From positions 49,577 to 113,576 of the forward strand of contig MQRK01227907.1 of NCBI GenBank assembly GCA_001938485.1: a stretch of DNA of 64,000 bases, in the 5' to 3' direction. Within the stretch, counting starts at the first letter, position 1. Each line of letters opens with the position of its first letter. The DNA comes from Girardia tigrina (taxonomy: Eukaryota). The notes under the pieces were generated by a model. It had not been told where the DNA came from, did no database searches, and saw nothing but the letters and a program-made list of their open reading frames with translations. This document shows, one piece after another, positions 1 through 14,434 of the stretch. Position numbers and translations under genes: made by a program.

Positions 1-829
1 TTAGATTCAAATAATTAATCAAATAACATATCAATCCCATCTGAGTAGGAGAGTCACAAATCTAAACAGCATAAAAACAACAAACTTACAACATTCACAA
101 TTATCCCTCACAATGACTATCTGGTTTGCTGGATCCGGAAATCTTTTTGTTCTGATTAAATAAGTCTACGTAAGTTTCAGTCGGGATATTTGATCCAAGT
201 GAGGTGCGTATGTCATTGACATAAAATAATTTTTAAAACAATTTATATCTTTTGATTGACTAAAAATATATAAATTATTATTAATTTATTATTCACATTT
301 GTATTAAAGTTACAGAGAAAGAATTTGCAAATATTTAATATAAACTACTATAAATAGTAAATAGTTTACCGAATATTTTAATGTTTATTTATATTAATAT
401 ATTTATATATTAATATTAATATATATATATATATTTAATATTAATGATAATAAAAATTTTGAAAACAAAATTATATTTTATTAATATTAAACTAATTTAA
501 TACAATTTGAAACATTATTGCAAATCTACAAAAAAATATTCATTTTTAATGGTTATTATTAATATTCACATATTTGATTTACAAAATTAAATATCAGTTA
601 AAATTATAAAAAGAAAAATAGATTTTATATAAATTAAAAATTTCACGCCCCAAAGATTTTCTGAATATCATTTCCAAGAGAACATTTTCAGAAATGTATT
701 CAAACGTTTAGGAGAGGTCGGGCACCCTAAGCATAACCATCCCTTATGGTTTAAAACCCCTAACTTTTGTAACTGTAATGAGTTTAGAAGTGTAAATTAT
801 ATTTTAATATTAAGTGTATGAGTGAGGTT

Positions 830-995
830 TTCGGATGTCTTTTTTGCCAAAAAACACGTTCATTTCTTAGAATTGATAAATTTAATTTTAATCAAAATAT
901 TTCCATTCTATTGAAAAATAAATAGTTTGATGCGATCCATTCTTCAAGCCATTTTTTGATTTCTTCGTAATTTCTGAGGTACTGGTCTTTGATCG
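830..995 (-). mobile_element. mariner transposase C-terminal remnant
   Basis: Minus-strand translation gives KDQYLRNYEEIKKWLEEWIAS and, after a deletion/frameshift, NGKYFD-like end, typical of a mariner C-terminus. Confidence 0.55.
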
Positions 996-2894
996 TAAAT
1001 GTACATTTTAATTTTATTTTCTGTTTATGTTTAACCATCATTTATTCTTTTATTTTATTATTTTTTAAAAAACGTATGTAAAAGTTTTGTTATTATTTTT
1101 TTTTGTGACGAAGCGAAAAAAAATTTATTATTATTTTTTTATTGTTTTTTTGTGTGAGAATGAGACAAATCATTTATTATTATTATTATTACTTTTTTTA
1201 ACTTACCTGAAGTAAAAGATAAAAGAAAATTAACCTGATCCGGTTATTTATTTTACACAAGTGTTATTTGTTGTTGTTTTTTTCTTTTGCAATTAAATAC
1301 CATTTCCACATCAGAATTTGTTGTTTTGTTTATTTTATCGTATAAAAGTAATCTCAAGTTCACGGTATCTGGACCTTAGGTTACTTTTATAGATCGGAAC
1401 AATAGTAATCTGATTAGGCCAATCTGGGGAATAGGAAGCCTTAATTTTAAACTCACATTTACGTGCCTCCAATGTATTTTATACTTGTTTTCGTACCATA
1501 AAATCACGTAATACTGTTTTTTACTGTAATATAATGTAGCTCATTCAACGTATGGTTCAAATATATCAACTAGTCTTGGTAACGTTCCATAGTAATAGCT
1601 TCCTTCAATATTAACAACTCTTTGTGCAATAAATTTCTGATTGTTTTCATTATTAAAACGGTTCTTGATGGACTTATTCTTATACCGTCGCAAATCGCCC
1701 ATTGTATTTTTGTGTGATTGCAATTATTTTAATTTATCAAAAGAGAAAAAAAAATAGAAGTGGAATTATTGTTTAAAAATTATTTTGTACGAAAGAAAAG
1801 AAAATATGTTATTATACGTTATTAAATTATTATAAAACATGAATTTTATTGAAAGCAAGGAAATGTGTTTAAAACAATTTAATTATGTTTGATAGAATTT
1901 GTTTTTTGAAATGGATAAAAAGATGTCGTTGTCACTGGAAAATAAATTTTTGTTTGATTTTAATTTTTTGATGGTCGTACCTTTGTTATGAATCTAAAAG
2001 ACATTCAGAAATGTATCGAAATCCATTCAATACTGAAGATTCATTACCGTAAAAATGAGAATGATTTGTTATGCAGCATTTACGCGTTCGAATTAGGGAG
2101 ATGGATCGTAATTTGGCAATGAGCGATGCTGTAGGTTGTCGGGGGAAGGGACGGGACGTGACCCCTCAGGCACGATCGGACACAAAATCGGGCGCGAGTA
2201 ACGGTGGAGTGCGAGTGCTTGAGGGTGAAGTAATCTAGAGAAGGGTTTCCAAGTGATTGTTTGTCGTTGAAAACAAAAAAAACTTGGAGCCGTTGAAGAA
2301 TTTCTTTGAGATTGTCGTGGCGACCGGATGTGGCGAATCAAATTTGTTTTCCCTCTACCCAATTTGAGGTACGATCCTGTTTCCCTCGACCCAAAGTACC
2401 CTCACTAACACCGCGGTGGTGCAACCGCTCTGCGCTCGGTCCCCTATCAGGAGGAAGGTAGAGAGTTACAAGACACAATAATCTCTTACGTTAGTTTATC
2501 GCAATGCATTCGTATCTGCCTCTAATCACAAGTATAGAAATACCTCCTCGAACTTTGTAATAAATATTGTGATCTGGACCTGGAAAATGCTGAGAGTTTT
2601 TCTGGCGTATTGATAGAAGAGCGTATTGTTCTATTTTTTTACTTCTGTAGGATAAGGACACAAACATCGATTATGTATATCAATTTAAATCACAGAGAAA
2701 AATAACGAAGAATAAGGATCGTAAATTGAGCTTAGAAATGATTAATAAACAAAATAAATAAATGATTATTAAACAATTTAAGTCATCTCTTGGAAAATCC
2801 AAACACTAAGTTATATACCTAATACTTAAAACAATAAAACTATTCCTGTTATATGGATAAGAAATAATTATATACCCACTTCATTCGCCTTTAA

Positions 2895-3150
2895 CACTAG
2901 ATTTACGATGGTTGATTATATACCTATTTTTACGAAAGTGAGCCAATTTGACTCCTACTACAAGCGATTTCATGGCTGTAGAAATATGTAAACCACATTC
3001 AAATATACAAAATGAGGGAATCTGAAATAACCTATATTTCATTATTTAACTAAAAACCATCATCTGTATTTAAAAAAAATAATATTTCAATTTCATATAT
3101 AGCAATATAATTTTAAATGAGTCAAATTGGCTCAGTCCGTAAATCTAGTG
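2895..3150. mobile_element. piggyBac-like MITE
   Basis: TTAA|CACTAGATTTACG...CGTAAATCTAGTG|TTAA. Also has subterminal inverted repeats GAGCCAATTTGACTC / GAGTCAAATTGGCTC. Confidence 0.85.
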
Positions 3151-6009
3151 TTAAATGTTGTCCAAGTTACTTGCAAAGATTCGATGCTTTGAAAGAGGAT
3201 GAATTAATTATCTGACGTAAAGTTATTTTCAAGAACGATTTTAAAATTTCAATGACAGATTTACAATTATTAATGATGAAGAGAATGTAAAATTGTTAAT
3301 CATTATAAATTTATCCTTTGATATAGTTTTAATGTAGACAAGACATGAACGGTGTAAAACGTTCATCTGGCTATAACCAGTATTGAAGAAGTATTAGATT
3401 CATTGATGAAAGGTTCATTGAAAGATTCATTGATGGCAGAAGGAAAATTCGTTTATTAGTAATGTCTAATCGTAATAATTATATTTAACTTAATTTTTAA
3501 TATTTTTGTTAATTTTCTTTTAGTAAGGATATCTAATATGTTACCATATATTATGTAAAACATGATATTTGATGTAATAAAAATGAATCCATTACTTTAG
3601 TAATGTATATCTCACATGGTTTTAATATCATCAGTATACGCTGGACAACGACAGAAAGATGAGATTTCGTACTAAAAAACCTAAGACAAGTTTGCGATTA
3701 TATGAATCAGTAGTTTTAGGGGTGTAAAGAACAAAGGTATTAAAAAAAGTATAAATTGAAATAAATATACTTAGACCCAATGTGTTTTGTGATATAAATT
3801 ACAAGAGTCGCAGTTTGGTGATTGTATAAAGACTTTAAAACACCTTCGACATAAAAGCATTAAACGTAAATGAGAATATTAAGAAAATAAAACATATTCC
3901 ACAAACAATTTTTCTAACTTTCAACTACATTTCATGAACTCTTAAAGCGCACTGGTACCTAGCAAACCGAATAAATACGCCAGATACAAAATGTTTTAAT
4001 TATCAGTAAAATCAAGCAAAAAATAGACTTGATATTTATCAAAACCTTTTGCAAAAGCCAATTGATGATAGCTTTTTAAGCAAATTGTAAGTTGAAATGA
4101 CAAATGACTTTATTTGACTAACCCTACTTCAAAAGCCAAAATATTATAATTTTCCGTCAATAGAACTTTAAAAGTATGAGATCCTGTTCAATAATTACTA
4201 AACCCGAAATAGAAAGCAATTTTAGGAACAGATAATTTTTATAACAGAAGAAGAGGGACATATACCCTTGTAGCCAAAATTGTGGTCATATTACAAGTTT
4301 TTATCGAAGGCTGTTCTTCCAATTTTATTTAAATATTTATTTACTTATCACCTCAATTTAACTCTACGTAATATTCTTGGGGGTTGTAGAATTGAGTACC
4401 TTAGAATAGTGGTATATCAGTGTTGCAGAAGCGCAGTGGAAGCATAATCCATAACTACGGTGCATCAAAAACGAGACGATGTTTTTGTCTATTTTTTTGT
4501 ATAAATATTTGATATATAAATATGCAAATATGACATACTTAAAAAGTAATGTCACTTCGAAACCTTCCGTCTCTGCCATAGGATCGGTAATCCACGATGC
4601 GACCCAGAAACGACCGGACACACACCACCGCTTCAGTCGCCCGCTCCCGGGACGACTTACACTACTCCCACGACTGCCGTGACCTGGGGGTTACCCCCAA
4701 TCATCGATTGATTTTTTGGTCGCCATGACGCATAATTTCAAGCGTTTCGGTGCACAGCGGTACCGATTACGTCATTTCGATTATTACCATAATAAATGAC
4801 AACAGCGTCGTCGAGTTGGTTCTCTCCACACAGTCAGCACCTGTGATAATTTTGAATGAAAATGTGTGAAACGGGACAATCTCTAAACAACAGTAGGTGA
4901 TCAAGATCTTCATCCCGCTTCTTGTTGATTTGATGATGTGATTTGTCACCAGGGTATTGAAATAATCATTTATTCTTAACATTCTTCTTTAATAATGTCG
5001 ATCAATTTTATCAAAAAAAGAAAATTGATTCTAATAAAATGCTTTATATAACAAATGCTTTTTTATAACAAATACAACAATTTTAAATAATTGTGCGGAG
5101 TTACCGCTAAATTCCACATAATAATATTCAAACAAACCATCAATTCTTTTACGTTATATAAATAAATATAAATATTTAATTTTTAAAATACATTTTTTAA
5201 AAATTTATTATACATAAATTTAATATACATCATATAATTATATATGCATGAATATCTTTAATTTAAACTTTACTTTAACAAAAAAATTAAATTCGAAACG
5301 AACAGTCAGTAATGTTGAAATCATTTTCGTGACTTGGTGTTTTTTGTTGTCCGCGATTTGTTGCAGATGACCTACGTGTATAAGTTACTTGCTTCCTGTT
5401 ATTATTTCGTGCATTTGTTTAATTTTTACTTGGCAAATTTACTAAAAGTAGTATTCTATTAAAAAAATCTTATATTCTTACAAAAAATATATTTGCATTA
5501 TAATTCATTAAAATATAACAAATTATAAAGTTTAATGTTTTTATGCATACTGATTTAAATCAATGCAAATAGTTGTTTCTTGGTTCATAAAGGACTGGAT
5601 TGTTAACTAAAGAAGATGGTAAGTTTGATTACACTAAGTAACAAGGGTTAGAGTTATTGTGAGGTTGTTAAAAAGATCGGGTGTGAAGTTATGACGGAAA
5701 AGAAGGAAGACACAATATTGAAAATAGATATAGCTTGACTGTTGCTGCAGAACTACAGAGCAACATCACAAGATATTAGCAAGATCAGGCACCTATATTC
5801 AAAGCCTAGAAAGATATGTTGTTCTTAAATCAAGTTTCAAGTCTTAAAAAAAATTTTTTGCCAGGTCAAGTTTTTAGTGAACGAATCAAGTAATCAGGAT
5901 TAGTTAAATAAGGTTCTTATGTTTACAATTACAACTGGACAAAGAAAAAGCATATTACAAAAAAATAGACTTACAAGTTTAATCAAATAAAAACAGTTTT
6001 TCTTCAAAA

Positions 6010-6250
6010 TATTCATGCAAAGCCTCGTGCCTCGACACTAACGCACTCTCAACCACTCAGTTCCTCATCCAGCGTATAGTCCAGACCTGACCTTAATTTT
6101 GTTATTTTATTTGTTATTTATTATTATATTTTTTGAAGACAAGGCAAACATTTAAAGAGAATGTTAAGAATGTTTCGTCTCTATATACTCGGATTGATAT
6201 TGTAATCAAATAAATCATCTGTCTTAACGTTGGGAGGAGTGTGTAAAAGC
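6010..6250 (+). mobile_element. mariner remnant
   Basis: ttcctcatccagcgtatagtccagacctg encodes PHPAYSPDL. Confidence 0.55.
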
Positions 6251-7124
6251 CTTTTACTTTTTGATGTACATTTAAGTTGATATATTATAACTTATTTAAA
6301 GCTATTCAATTTAACTTAACTTAATTTTCTTAAGGTTATATTTATTAATATTTTACAAAATGAAAATCAAACAAAAGCCATGTCTGCAAAACAAATGATA
6401 TCTAACTAGAGACAGACCTGAAAAGAGGGTGTGGCCGTTCATCGATGCTTCAATGTATTTCTGGAGGGTCTACCAACGAAGACTTTGTCTCGACAATGCC
6501 TCCACCTTTTTTATTACAATTATCATTCAAAATAGAAATTGTGTTGGTTATATTTTACTAAATTTTCTATGCTTCAGTAATTTCAATTACTTTTCAGACT
6601 ATTGAAGTTTTATCGTTATCACTCATCGGAACCGACATTAATTATGAATCACCGAATGCACAAGGTTCTTGTTGCCAATAATTTATTATAACAGAATATA
6701 TTGTCTAAATTCAGACGTCATTTTGAAGTCTGAAAAGTTGTTGGACAAAGCCAAGATTTAATATTATATTTACTCTGCAGGGTTCTTGTATGTCTATTTA
6801 CATGACCAATGTTCAATTTATCGCTCTTAAAAAAAGATTTTCCTCGTTTTTTAATCAATTACAGAATTACTTAATACTTATTTTAACCGAAAAATAATAA
6901 TTATTATATTAGTTGAACTAAGCAATATATCCGATCATGATCAAAGTCCGCTATCGCTTCTAAAAATGAAAACCTACGACTAAATCTTTTTGCTATTTAA
7001 GTATTATCACCAACATTTCAAAATTTTTTTATTTTATTTAAAATCAAAACACTTTCAAAATTCAAAACATTTTATTCATAAAAAAGTAGTCAATGCGATT
7101 TCGTTGGAAAATGGGCCGATATAT

Positions 7125-7335
7125 TATATGAGTGTTGAGAGAACTGAGACTATTATAACAGTTTGGATCATTCTCTGAACAATCGTAGTAAGGCTTTCGT
7201 ATTCGTCCTCATTTTAATTAGTGTTTTTTCTGAATTTTTAATAATGATTATTCGTACTAATTTCCTAATTTTTCAATAATTTTTATTATTATGTTAGCTT
7301 TAAAATATTTCATAAAATTATAAAAAATAATTAAA
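7125..7335 (+). repeat. Direct repeat, copy 1 (copy 2 at about 9326-9563)
   Basis: Shared aacagtttggatcattctctgaacaa.cgtagtaaggctttcgtatt...ttcgtactaatttcctaatttttcaataatttttattattatg. Confidence 0.8.
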
Positions 7336-9325
7336 CTAACTTTAAAATTATTCAACCTCTTAAATATCTTTCATTAAAACATAATATAATTTAATATAGA
7401 TTTAAAACAGTTTCTATTTCTGTTACCATATGAACTCTGATAAATAAGATTCTAAATTATGTCTCTTGTTCCTCCAATTTGCATTTCCCATATTATCTCC
7501 ACCGTTTATGTATGAACTTCTGTATTAGGATCAATAAAATTGTATTTATGATTAATCTTAGTGTGTAGCAGGCAATATTTGAACACAGTAACTGGGTACC
7601 CGAATGGGTGCCCAGTCATTGATTAATAGATGAAGCGGGTACCCACCTAAAATATTTCGTGGTTTAGTTCCATCTTCCTCCACCTCCAGATGTAACAGGT
7701 TTATCGGATAAATAAACTTTAGAGGTAAACTTTATCCTTCTTTATCGCTCGCTCCCACATTTTGACTCTTACTCTTTGCAGCACGGGAAATAGACTGATT
7801 CATAAACTCATTATTCTGATGATAATCACAGTCACATTTCTAAAGATCAAGTTGTGACTGTGCACGTGTACAGTAATCAACCAGTGTTATTCAAAGAAGG
7901 GTATCAATACTAAAAGTTATTTCCCGAATGGTTTGAAAAAGATGCATTTCAGAAAAATAGGTTTCAATTTCACGACATTGTCAGAAAGTGGGTACCCAGT
8001 AAAAAAACTGTTAAAATAGGGCCTGGTGTGTAGGAATCCTTCTATTAGTATTCTATTTGTTTGGTAACATTTCCCATCATCAGAATAAATTGTGATACCG
8101 TCTGCAATGTTTACAATATTTCTATCTAGAAAGGTAGAGCAAGTTCTATTAGAATATTTGATGCGGTGGCGTTAATACGTTAATTTCTTTTTTTGGTTTT
8201 TCTTTTTTATTTATTCGTATAAACAATATGATAATATTTCTCTAAATTTATATATAAAGTATATGCTTTAGACACTAATTATTACTCATAATAATAATAA
8301 TTACTAATAAATTATTTATTGCGATTTATAATTATTAATAAGTGTAATAAATCTTAGGAATCTGAAAAAAAGAAGAATTTATTTTCCTTAAAAAAAGAAC
8401 ATTTGTTGTAATTTTCCCTTTTTATTAATTAATCTTTAATTAATTTAATAAATATTAAAAATAAAAATTAAAGAATTTTATTCTAATTTTCATTAATTAC
8501 TTTTTAAATGATTAATTAATATTAATATTAAAATTCAAAAAAAATTATCAAAAATTATTTCATATTTAATAAAATGTTTTACAATTAACAAACGATATTA
8601 ACTTAAAAAGAGGATATGGAAAGATCGGTTCTGATGAATGAGGAGAAAGATTCATAAAATTCTTAATCAGACAGACATGCATAAATTAAATTTAATAATA
8701 ATAATAAAAATAATAATATAATAATCAAAATTGAAGTTAACGAATGAATTTAATATTAAATGTCAGACTTGAAATTTTGATTGCAAATCAGTTCTTGATT
8801 CAAGCTGTGAATATGAATTAAAAATGGCATCAAACAGCACGAAGCCATCAAATAAAACTGGAAACGGCCTTTTGATTTACGCGGTTGGTTAATTAGACAA
8901 CTTGATCGGATCATTGAAGATCTCTAGCGGGTATCGCGTTCGGAAAAAAAGTGCCGAGTTAATAGGAATTATAACGGGGAATCGGTACACGAATAAATGA
9001 ATTTTTAATCAATTCGCCAGTGAATTTTCAACCAAAAAAAAACAGTATATATTATATCAAACTAAAATAACGACCGATTTGGTAATTATAGATTCATTTA
9101 AAATTCATAAAATTGATCGTAACTCGTTTACTAATATCACAACGGATCAAAGTGAGACTGGAAAACTTGTGATGGAGGATCGGAGGAAAATCGCTGTTTC
9201 ATTTAAAATTAGAGAATATAATCAGAAATTATATATAATGTCTTTATTACTTCTTTTGTCTTGATATAATCATTCATTTTTATTATTTATAATAATTGTT
9301 GGTTTGGATAGGACGTATTAGTTTT

Positions 9326-9563
9326 ATATGAGTGATATGAGAACTGAGATTTTAATATAACAGTTTGGATCATTCTCTGAACAACCGTAGTAAGGCTTTC
9401 GTATTGTTAAGAGCACCGATCAGAAGTTCTTTCATCATTTTAATTAGTGTTTTTGTCTGAATTTTTAATAATGACTATTCGTACTAATTTCCTAATTTTT
9501 CAATAATTTTTATTATTATGTGAGCTTTAAAATATTTCATAAAATTATAATAAAATAATTAAA
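9326..9563 (+). repeat. Direct repeat, copy 2 (about 25 bp longer internally)
   Basis: Aligns to 7125-7335 with scattered substitutions and one indel. Confidence 0.8.
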
Positions 9564-10229
9564 TTACTTATATTAAAAATTATCTTATATTATTTTTTTT
9601 TAATTTTATCAGCTTATTAAATTTTCATTAAATATAGTACTCCAATTTCGGTATACTCAACTAAACTCACCACATCCATACACAATTTAAAATATTCCTC
9701 AAATGTATTTCTAAATCCTTTTTGATTGAAAAAAATAAGAGATTTTTAAAACCCTTTCTATTCGAAGAAATTTTATAATGACATTTTAAAGACTTAATTA
9801 TTAAATTATAAAATTGAATTTTTGCAAATAATTATTAATTCAAATTTTTCAATTTCAGTTGATTTAAAAAATAATAACAAATTAAGATTTGAAATTTTAA
9901 ATTCCTTTCGAATATTCGGAATCATAAAACACTCGTAAAATATCAATCGACCTTCTTGGTATGAGAGACACGATACAAATTACAACACACATTGCATCAT
10001 TAAAAATATTTTTTAGATTACAGTTTTACTGTTTCTATGCTTGTAGAAAAGAGCGCAATAATTTCCTTTCAGTTGGAATGAAATTTCAAGTTTCTTAATT
10101 AGAAATTATCAAAATACTCTTCAAAGGATTCTAGAAAATGATATTCTTTTTTCCTCAATGAATGGCGTTTCATAATACACAGACTTGTCTGTGTTCATTT
10201 ATGTAAAGTACCTCAGTATGATCTTGACA

Positions 10230-10450
10230 TCGAAAGAATGGAGCAAATAACGAACATTAAATTTGTGTTGAATTGGGTAAATTGGGTTTTGAATCATACG
10301 AAATGATTATAGGCAATAGAAGTCGTTTTCAAGTAGTTTGTTAGATTTTAATCTGGAAGAAAATCGACAGAAGATGTTGGGAGATCGTGTGGTCAATGTT
10401 TCAGTGAAAATGAGAAGAATATGGATCTTGTGCAAGTGTTTTTGGTTTAA
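10230..10450 (+). mobile_element. mariner transposase N-terminal remnant
   Basis: MEQITNIKF(C)VELGK-like start, broken by frameshifts. Confidence 0.45.
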
Positions 10451-10614
10451 GACAGTTGAATAATAATATTAAAATGTAAATAATGTTAATTGAGATATTA
10501 ACCATTTTTGATTTATAATCCTTTAATTATGACTTTTTAAACTCTTATATTTTCCGTTACTTGAACTTGTACAAACTTGAAAACTTGGCATAATGTACCA
10601 CATAATCGGACAAA

Positions 10615-10780
10615 TTGATCTCCAGGTTAATTCCGGAGCATTTCAAACGGTATGACGATGTCGAAGTATTTATTTCGAGTTGTAATAAATATTTTAAAGT
10701 AACCGGAGTACCCGATAACCCAAATGAGACATTAGTCGTGACTTTGCTTTCGAGGGAGTTAATCACGGTTTACGAAAACT
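10615..10780 (+). mobile_element. Possible Gypsy gag N-terminal fragment
   Basis: RLIPEHFKRYDDVEVFISSCNKYF resembles the PxxFxxxDDxExFxxxCxxYF start of gag. Confidence 0.35.
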
Positions 10781-12273
10781 CGAAATGTTTCTTTGCTTCA
10801 TTTAGTCTCTGGTTATCTGTTTTTATACATCCAAATTTGTTTATATTTCATAAATCTGGTGTACTGTCTGAAACTCATCTTTTCTCTTTTTATTGCCGTT
10901 AACCAATGAAATCCTATACCAAAACTCTTCTGTAAAAGTCCGTCTCATATCATTTGAGGTCATAGTTGTTCTACAATTTCTAAGGCCACCAAGCGAAAGG
11001 GATAACTAACCTAGACAATTTTGAATTGTGATTTGGGAAAGATTATTCTGCTGCTTAGAGAGAACTAAAATCCATACTTTTTATGGTATCATTCGACCAG
11101 GAATGCCCAACCCTCTATCAAACACTATTTTAGTCACAAAAGTTTAAAATGCTTTTAAAACAGGTATTAGTAATTATTTAAATTCTCTCTCTCGAAATCA
11201 AGAATAAAACATTTTCAGACTTACAATAAAATTATAAAAAATAAAACAGTATCACATGGTAAATATTCAATCAACTTACCAAAATTCTATTTTCCAACAA
11301 TCACTAATTAAATTACCTAACAAATTTAATTAAAAATTATTATTTTTTGGGGGATAGATTTCTCTTTGTTAAATGAATCTCGTCATTTTGAAACCAGGGA
11401 TAATATTTCCTTTACGTTAAAAGTCCCACTTGAAAAGCAATATGCGGAGGTAAATATTTACATTGAGACTTTATTTTCTAAAAATAAAAAAATGAGCACG
11501 AAACTCTCTTGGTTAATTAATAAATGATAATATTTTAAATATTTTAGTACATATTTAAAAACAATAATATCACGAGAAGACCAAAAATTGTAACAGAGGA
11601 TGTTTGGAAAAACCCGATACAAATGATCTTTAAATGATGAATCCAGGAGGAAAATCGTATTTTGTTATTGATAGAAGAGACAATTTTGTGATATGTATTC
11701 ATATAATTGATTACACATATATAATGTATGACTTTGCGAGATAAAATTAAAAAAACGTCGCAAGAGAAACGTCTGAAGGAGAAAAGTCGGAGGAGAAACG
11801 GCCTGCTCCCGTTTATTAGTATTTATACTTTTAGTATTCTTTCTTAGAAAGAGGTTCAAGTTATAATGCTTCATCTCATGTTTTATGAAACTTAGAAGGA
11901 ATCTCAATATTTGAGTTTTGATCGAATAAAATGTTCCCTGACAAAAAAGTGGTTTATCTTGTACAAAAAACCATTCTTTAGATTTTTTTAAACTTGTTTA
12001 CGCTCTGATGAAATAGTCAAACGTTAAAAAAATTCAATAATTTTTACCTATTTATATGAACTTCTTTCACATAAAAAATCATGCGTTATTAATTAATTAC
12101 CACATGAACGATATCCGATCCATTTTTTTAGAAAATGCTTCAATAAGTCCAATATGAAAGGCCTGAACTGTATCTAATATTCAAAATATTCCTACTTTTT
12201 TTTCCTATAATAAAGTTGTCTTAAATTTTGTAGCCGAAATGTTCGATTTCCCAAAACCATAATAACTGTAGAT

Positions 12274-12519
12274 TAGAGAGGGGCATTCATTCTTGAAAGT
12301 CTCTCAACCCAACCCGAATTTTCATTAGTCAAACCCGATCCCAACCCGACCCGACTTGATAATAATGCGGCACGACACGACCCGACCCGAATGTATTTTA
12401 TATCAACCCGAATTAACAAATTATCAATATTCTGCAAATGATGCGAGGCCCATAAAAGACCCCACAAAAAGCATTGAGCTCGGTTGAGTTCGGGATCGCG
12501 TCACAATCGCCCATCTCTA
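12274..12519. mobile_element. hAT MITE
   Basis: TIRs TAGAGAGGGG(C) / GCCCATCTCTA, perfect 8-bp TSD CTGTAGAT (12266-12273, 12520-12527), and many subterminal ACCCG repeats. Confidence 0.88.
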
Positions 12520-14137
12520 CTGTAGATACCCCCTTATTTCATCAACTATGTTTGAATCAGCATAAATAATAGTTATATATTTATTGATCAAATTTATAAA
12601 TAAAAATTTTTTTTTCTAATTTCTCCCCAAAAATTAAATTCAATAAAAGAAAAGCTTCAATGAAACTAATGTTTAAAATACTTAATTTTTTGACAAATGA
12701 AAATAAAATTTTAACGCAAGAAAATATTTTTATTTGGACTGAATAATAAACCATTAAACAGAAAACGTTTCCCACGAACGAGTCATATTCTTTCGGTACG
12801 TTTTTATCTTCAAAATTTGATCTTTCGGTCTCTTCTCCGGCTTCCCGATTTCCTTTACGAAAACAAAAAGAGAAAAAAAGAAACTCCCATTAAATATATT
12901 TTATATCTCCAACCATAATGAAATTAAAACAATTAAAAAGACACACAAAACGCCGTTCGGCCTAAAAGAATTTTTCAGGAAAATAAAAGGGGTTTCTTTT
13001 CCTACTTTCGTTTTTGTTGATCAAATAAACATTAAATATATTAAATTTTTATCGATTTTTTTATTCTCTTTTCTCTCATTATATTTATTATCGTAAATAT
13101 TAAGGAAATAAATTTTGTTTTTTCCCCAAATTTATGATGAGTAACATAAATAATAAATCTGAAACAAATCCAAACCGAAGAACAACAGACAGAAGGAACA
13201 ATAACAAAAACCAGTTATTGATTTCCTATTTATCTTCTGGTGTGAATTACCGCTACCTCTCGACTGAAAAAAGAGACTCAACACTGATAAATGAGTCCAT
13301 TCCAGGGATTAAGTATTAATGCATCCTGCGACCTAAAAAAGCGAGGCTAACAGAGTCGACATAATATCTATTGAGAGAATGGGTAATGAGTCGGTAATTA
13401 AAGCAATTAACGAAATTCTGGATTGTCGACCGGATGATGAAAGTGAATCCTCCCTCACGGAAAATTAGGGAAGGGCGATTATTAATGCCACTAATAATAT
13501 CCCTTCGTAGACGAAATTACTCTCCCATTCCCTATGATTCATCGGTTGAGTTAAAACGATGAATTATTAATGAATAAAGTACAATTAACGTTGGGCGGGC
13601 AACACTGTCAAACTTATTACTGTCTGGGTAATTTATTTATTTATTTATTTATATTTCCACGAATCAAATGCTTTTTTTATAATTTGCTTTTAAATATTTT
13701 ATCGGTGAATAGGAAATATACCGATTCCATTTGATAATTCATTTACAATTTATATTATTCCGTCTATTGTTTCGAGAGAAAATACAAATGAGAAAAAAAG
13801 GAATTGACTAATGGATGGGAGAGGAAAGAAAAACAGAATTTTTTTATTAATAAAAGATATGATTTGCATAAGAAAATAATTTTATGCAAATATATTTAAT
13901 TTATTTTCTCTATGAGATTTTAAGTTTGATTTTTTTTGGTTTTATTTTGAAAATATTTTGATGATAACGTCCTATTTTAACATCGTATGAGCCTTTTTTT
14001 TGAAGGTTTCAACCAGTATAATTTCAAAAATTAATCATTTTTGTTTAGAAATTTTGTTTCGAATTAAATAATTAAAATAAAAAATATTTTAAATTTGTAA
14101 AAGTTAACATTTAGACACCTAAAATACATTTTAGGTG

Positions 14138-14180
<43 letters not shown>

Positions 14181-14216
14181 TGCAAAGTAAAATCTATATA
14201 ATAGGGATAAAAACAA

Positions 14217-14257
14217 GACGACGCGTTTCGAGATAATAAAAATCCCATCATCAGGTC
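14217..14257 (-). ncRNA. Minimal type I hammerhead ribozyme (PLE type) HHR1
   Basis: GAC-CUGAUGA-U-GGGAU-UUUUAUU-AUCUC-GAAA-CGCG-UC^GUC: complete core, 5-bp stem II, palindromic stem III, GUC cleavage triplet. Confidence 0.85.
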
Positions 14258-14259
14258 AC

Positions 14260-14434
14260 NNNNNNNNNNNNNNNNNNNNNNNNNNNNNNNNNNNNNNNNN
14301 NNNNNNNNNNNNNNNNNNNNNNNNNNNNNNNNNNNNNNNNNNNNNNNNNNNNNNNNNNNNNNNNNNNNNNNNNNNNNNNNNNNNNNNNNNNNNNNNNNNN
14401 NNNNNNNNNNNNNNNNNNNNNNNNNNNNNNNNNN
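14260..14434. other. Assembly gap
   Basis: Run of N. Confidence 1.

Noticed and set aside
1330-1740. Semi-open minus-strand reading frame
   Set aside because: It has an internal stop, no recognisable motif and no clear splice signals.
4540-5000. GC-rich patch with PBS-like TGGCGACC (4725-4718, minus strand)
   Set aside because: The match is too short and no LTR pair or coding remnant was found. It is probably LTR debris but this is unsupported.
8049-8088. Hammerhead-like CUGAUGAUGGG..CCAAAC on the minus strand
   Set aside because: It lacks G12 and a palindromic stem III, so it is at best a decayed copy.
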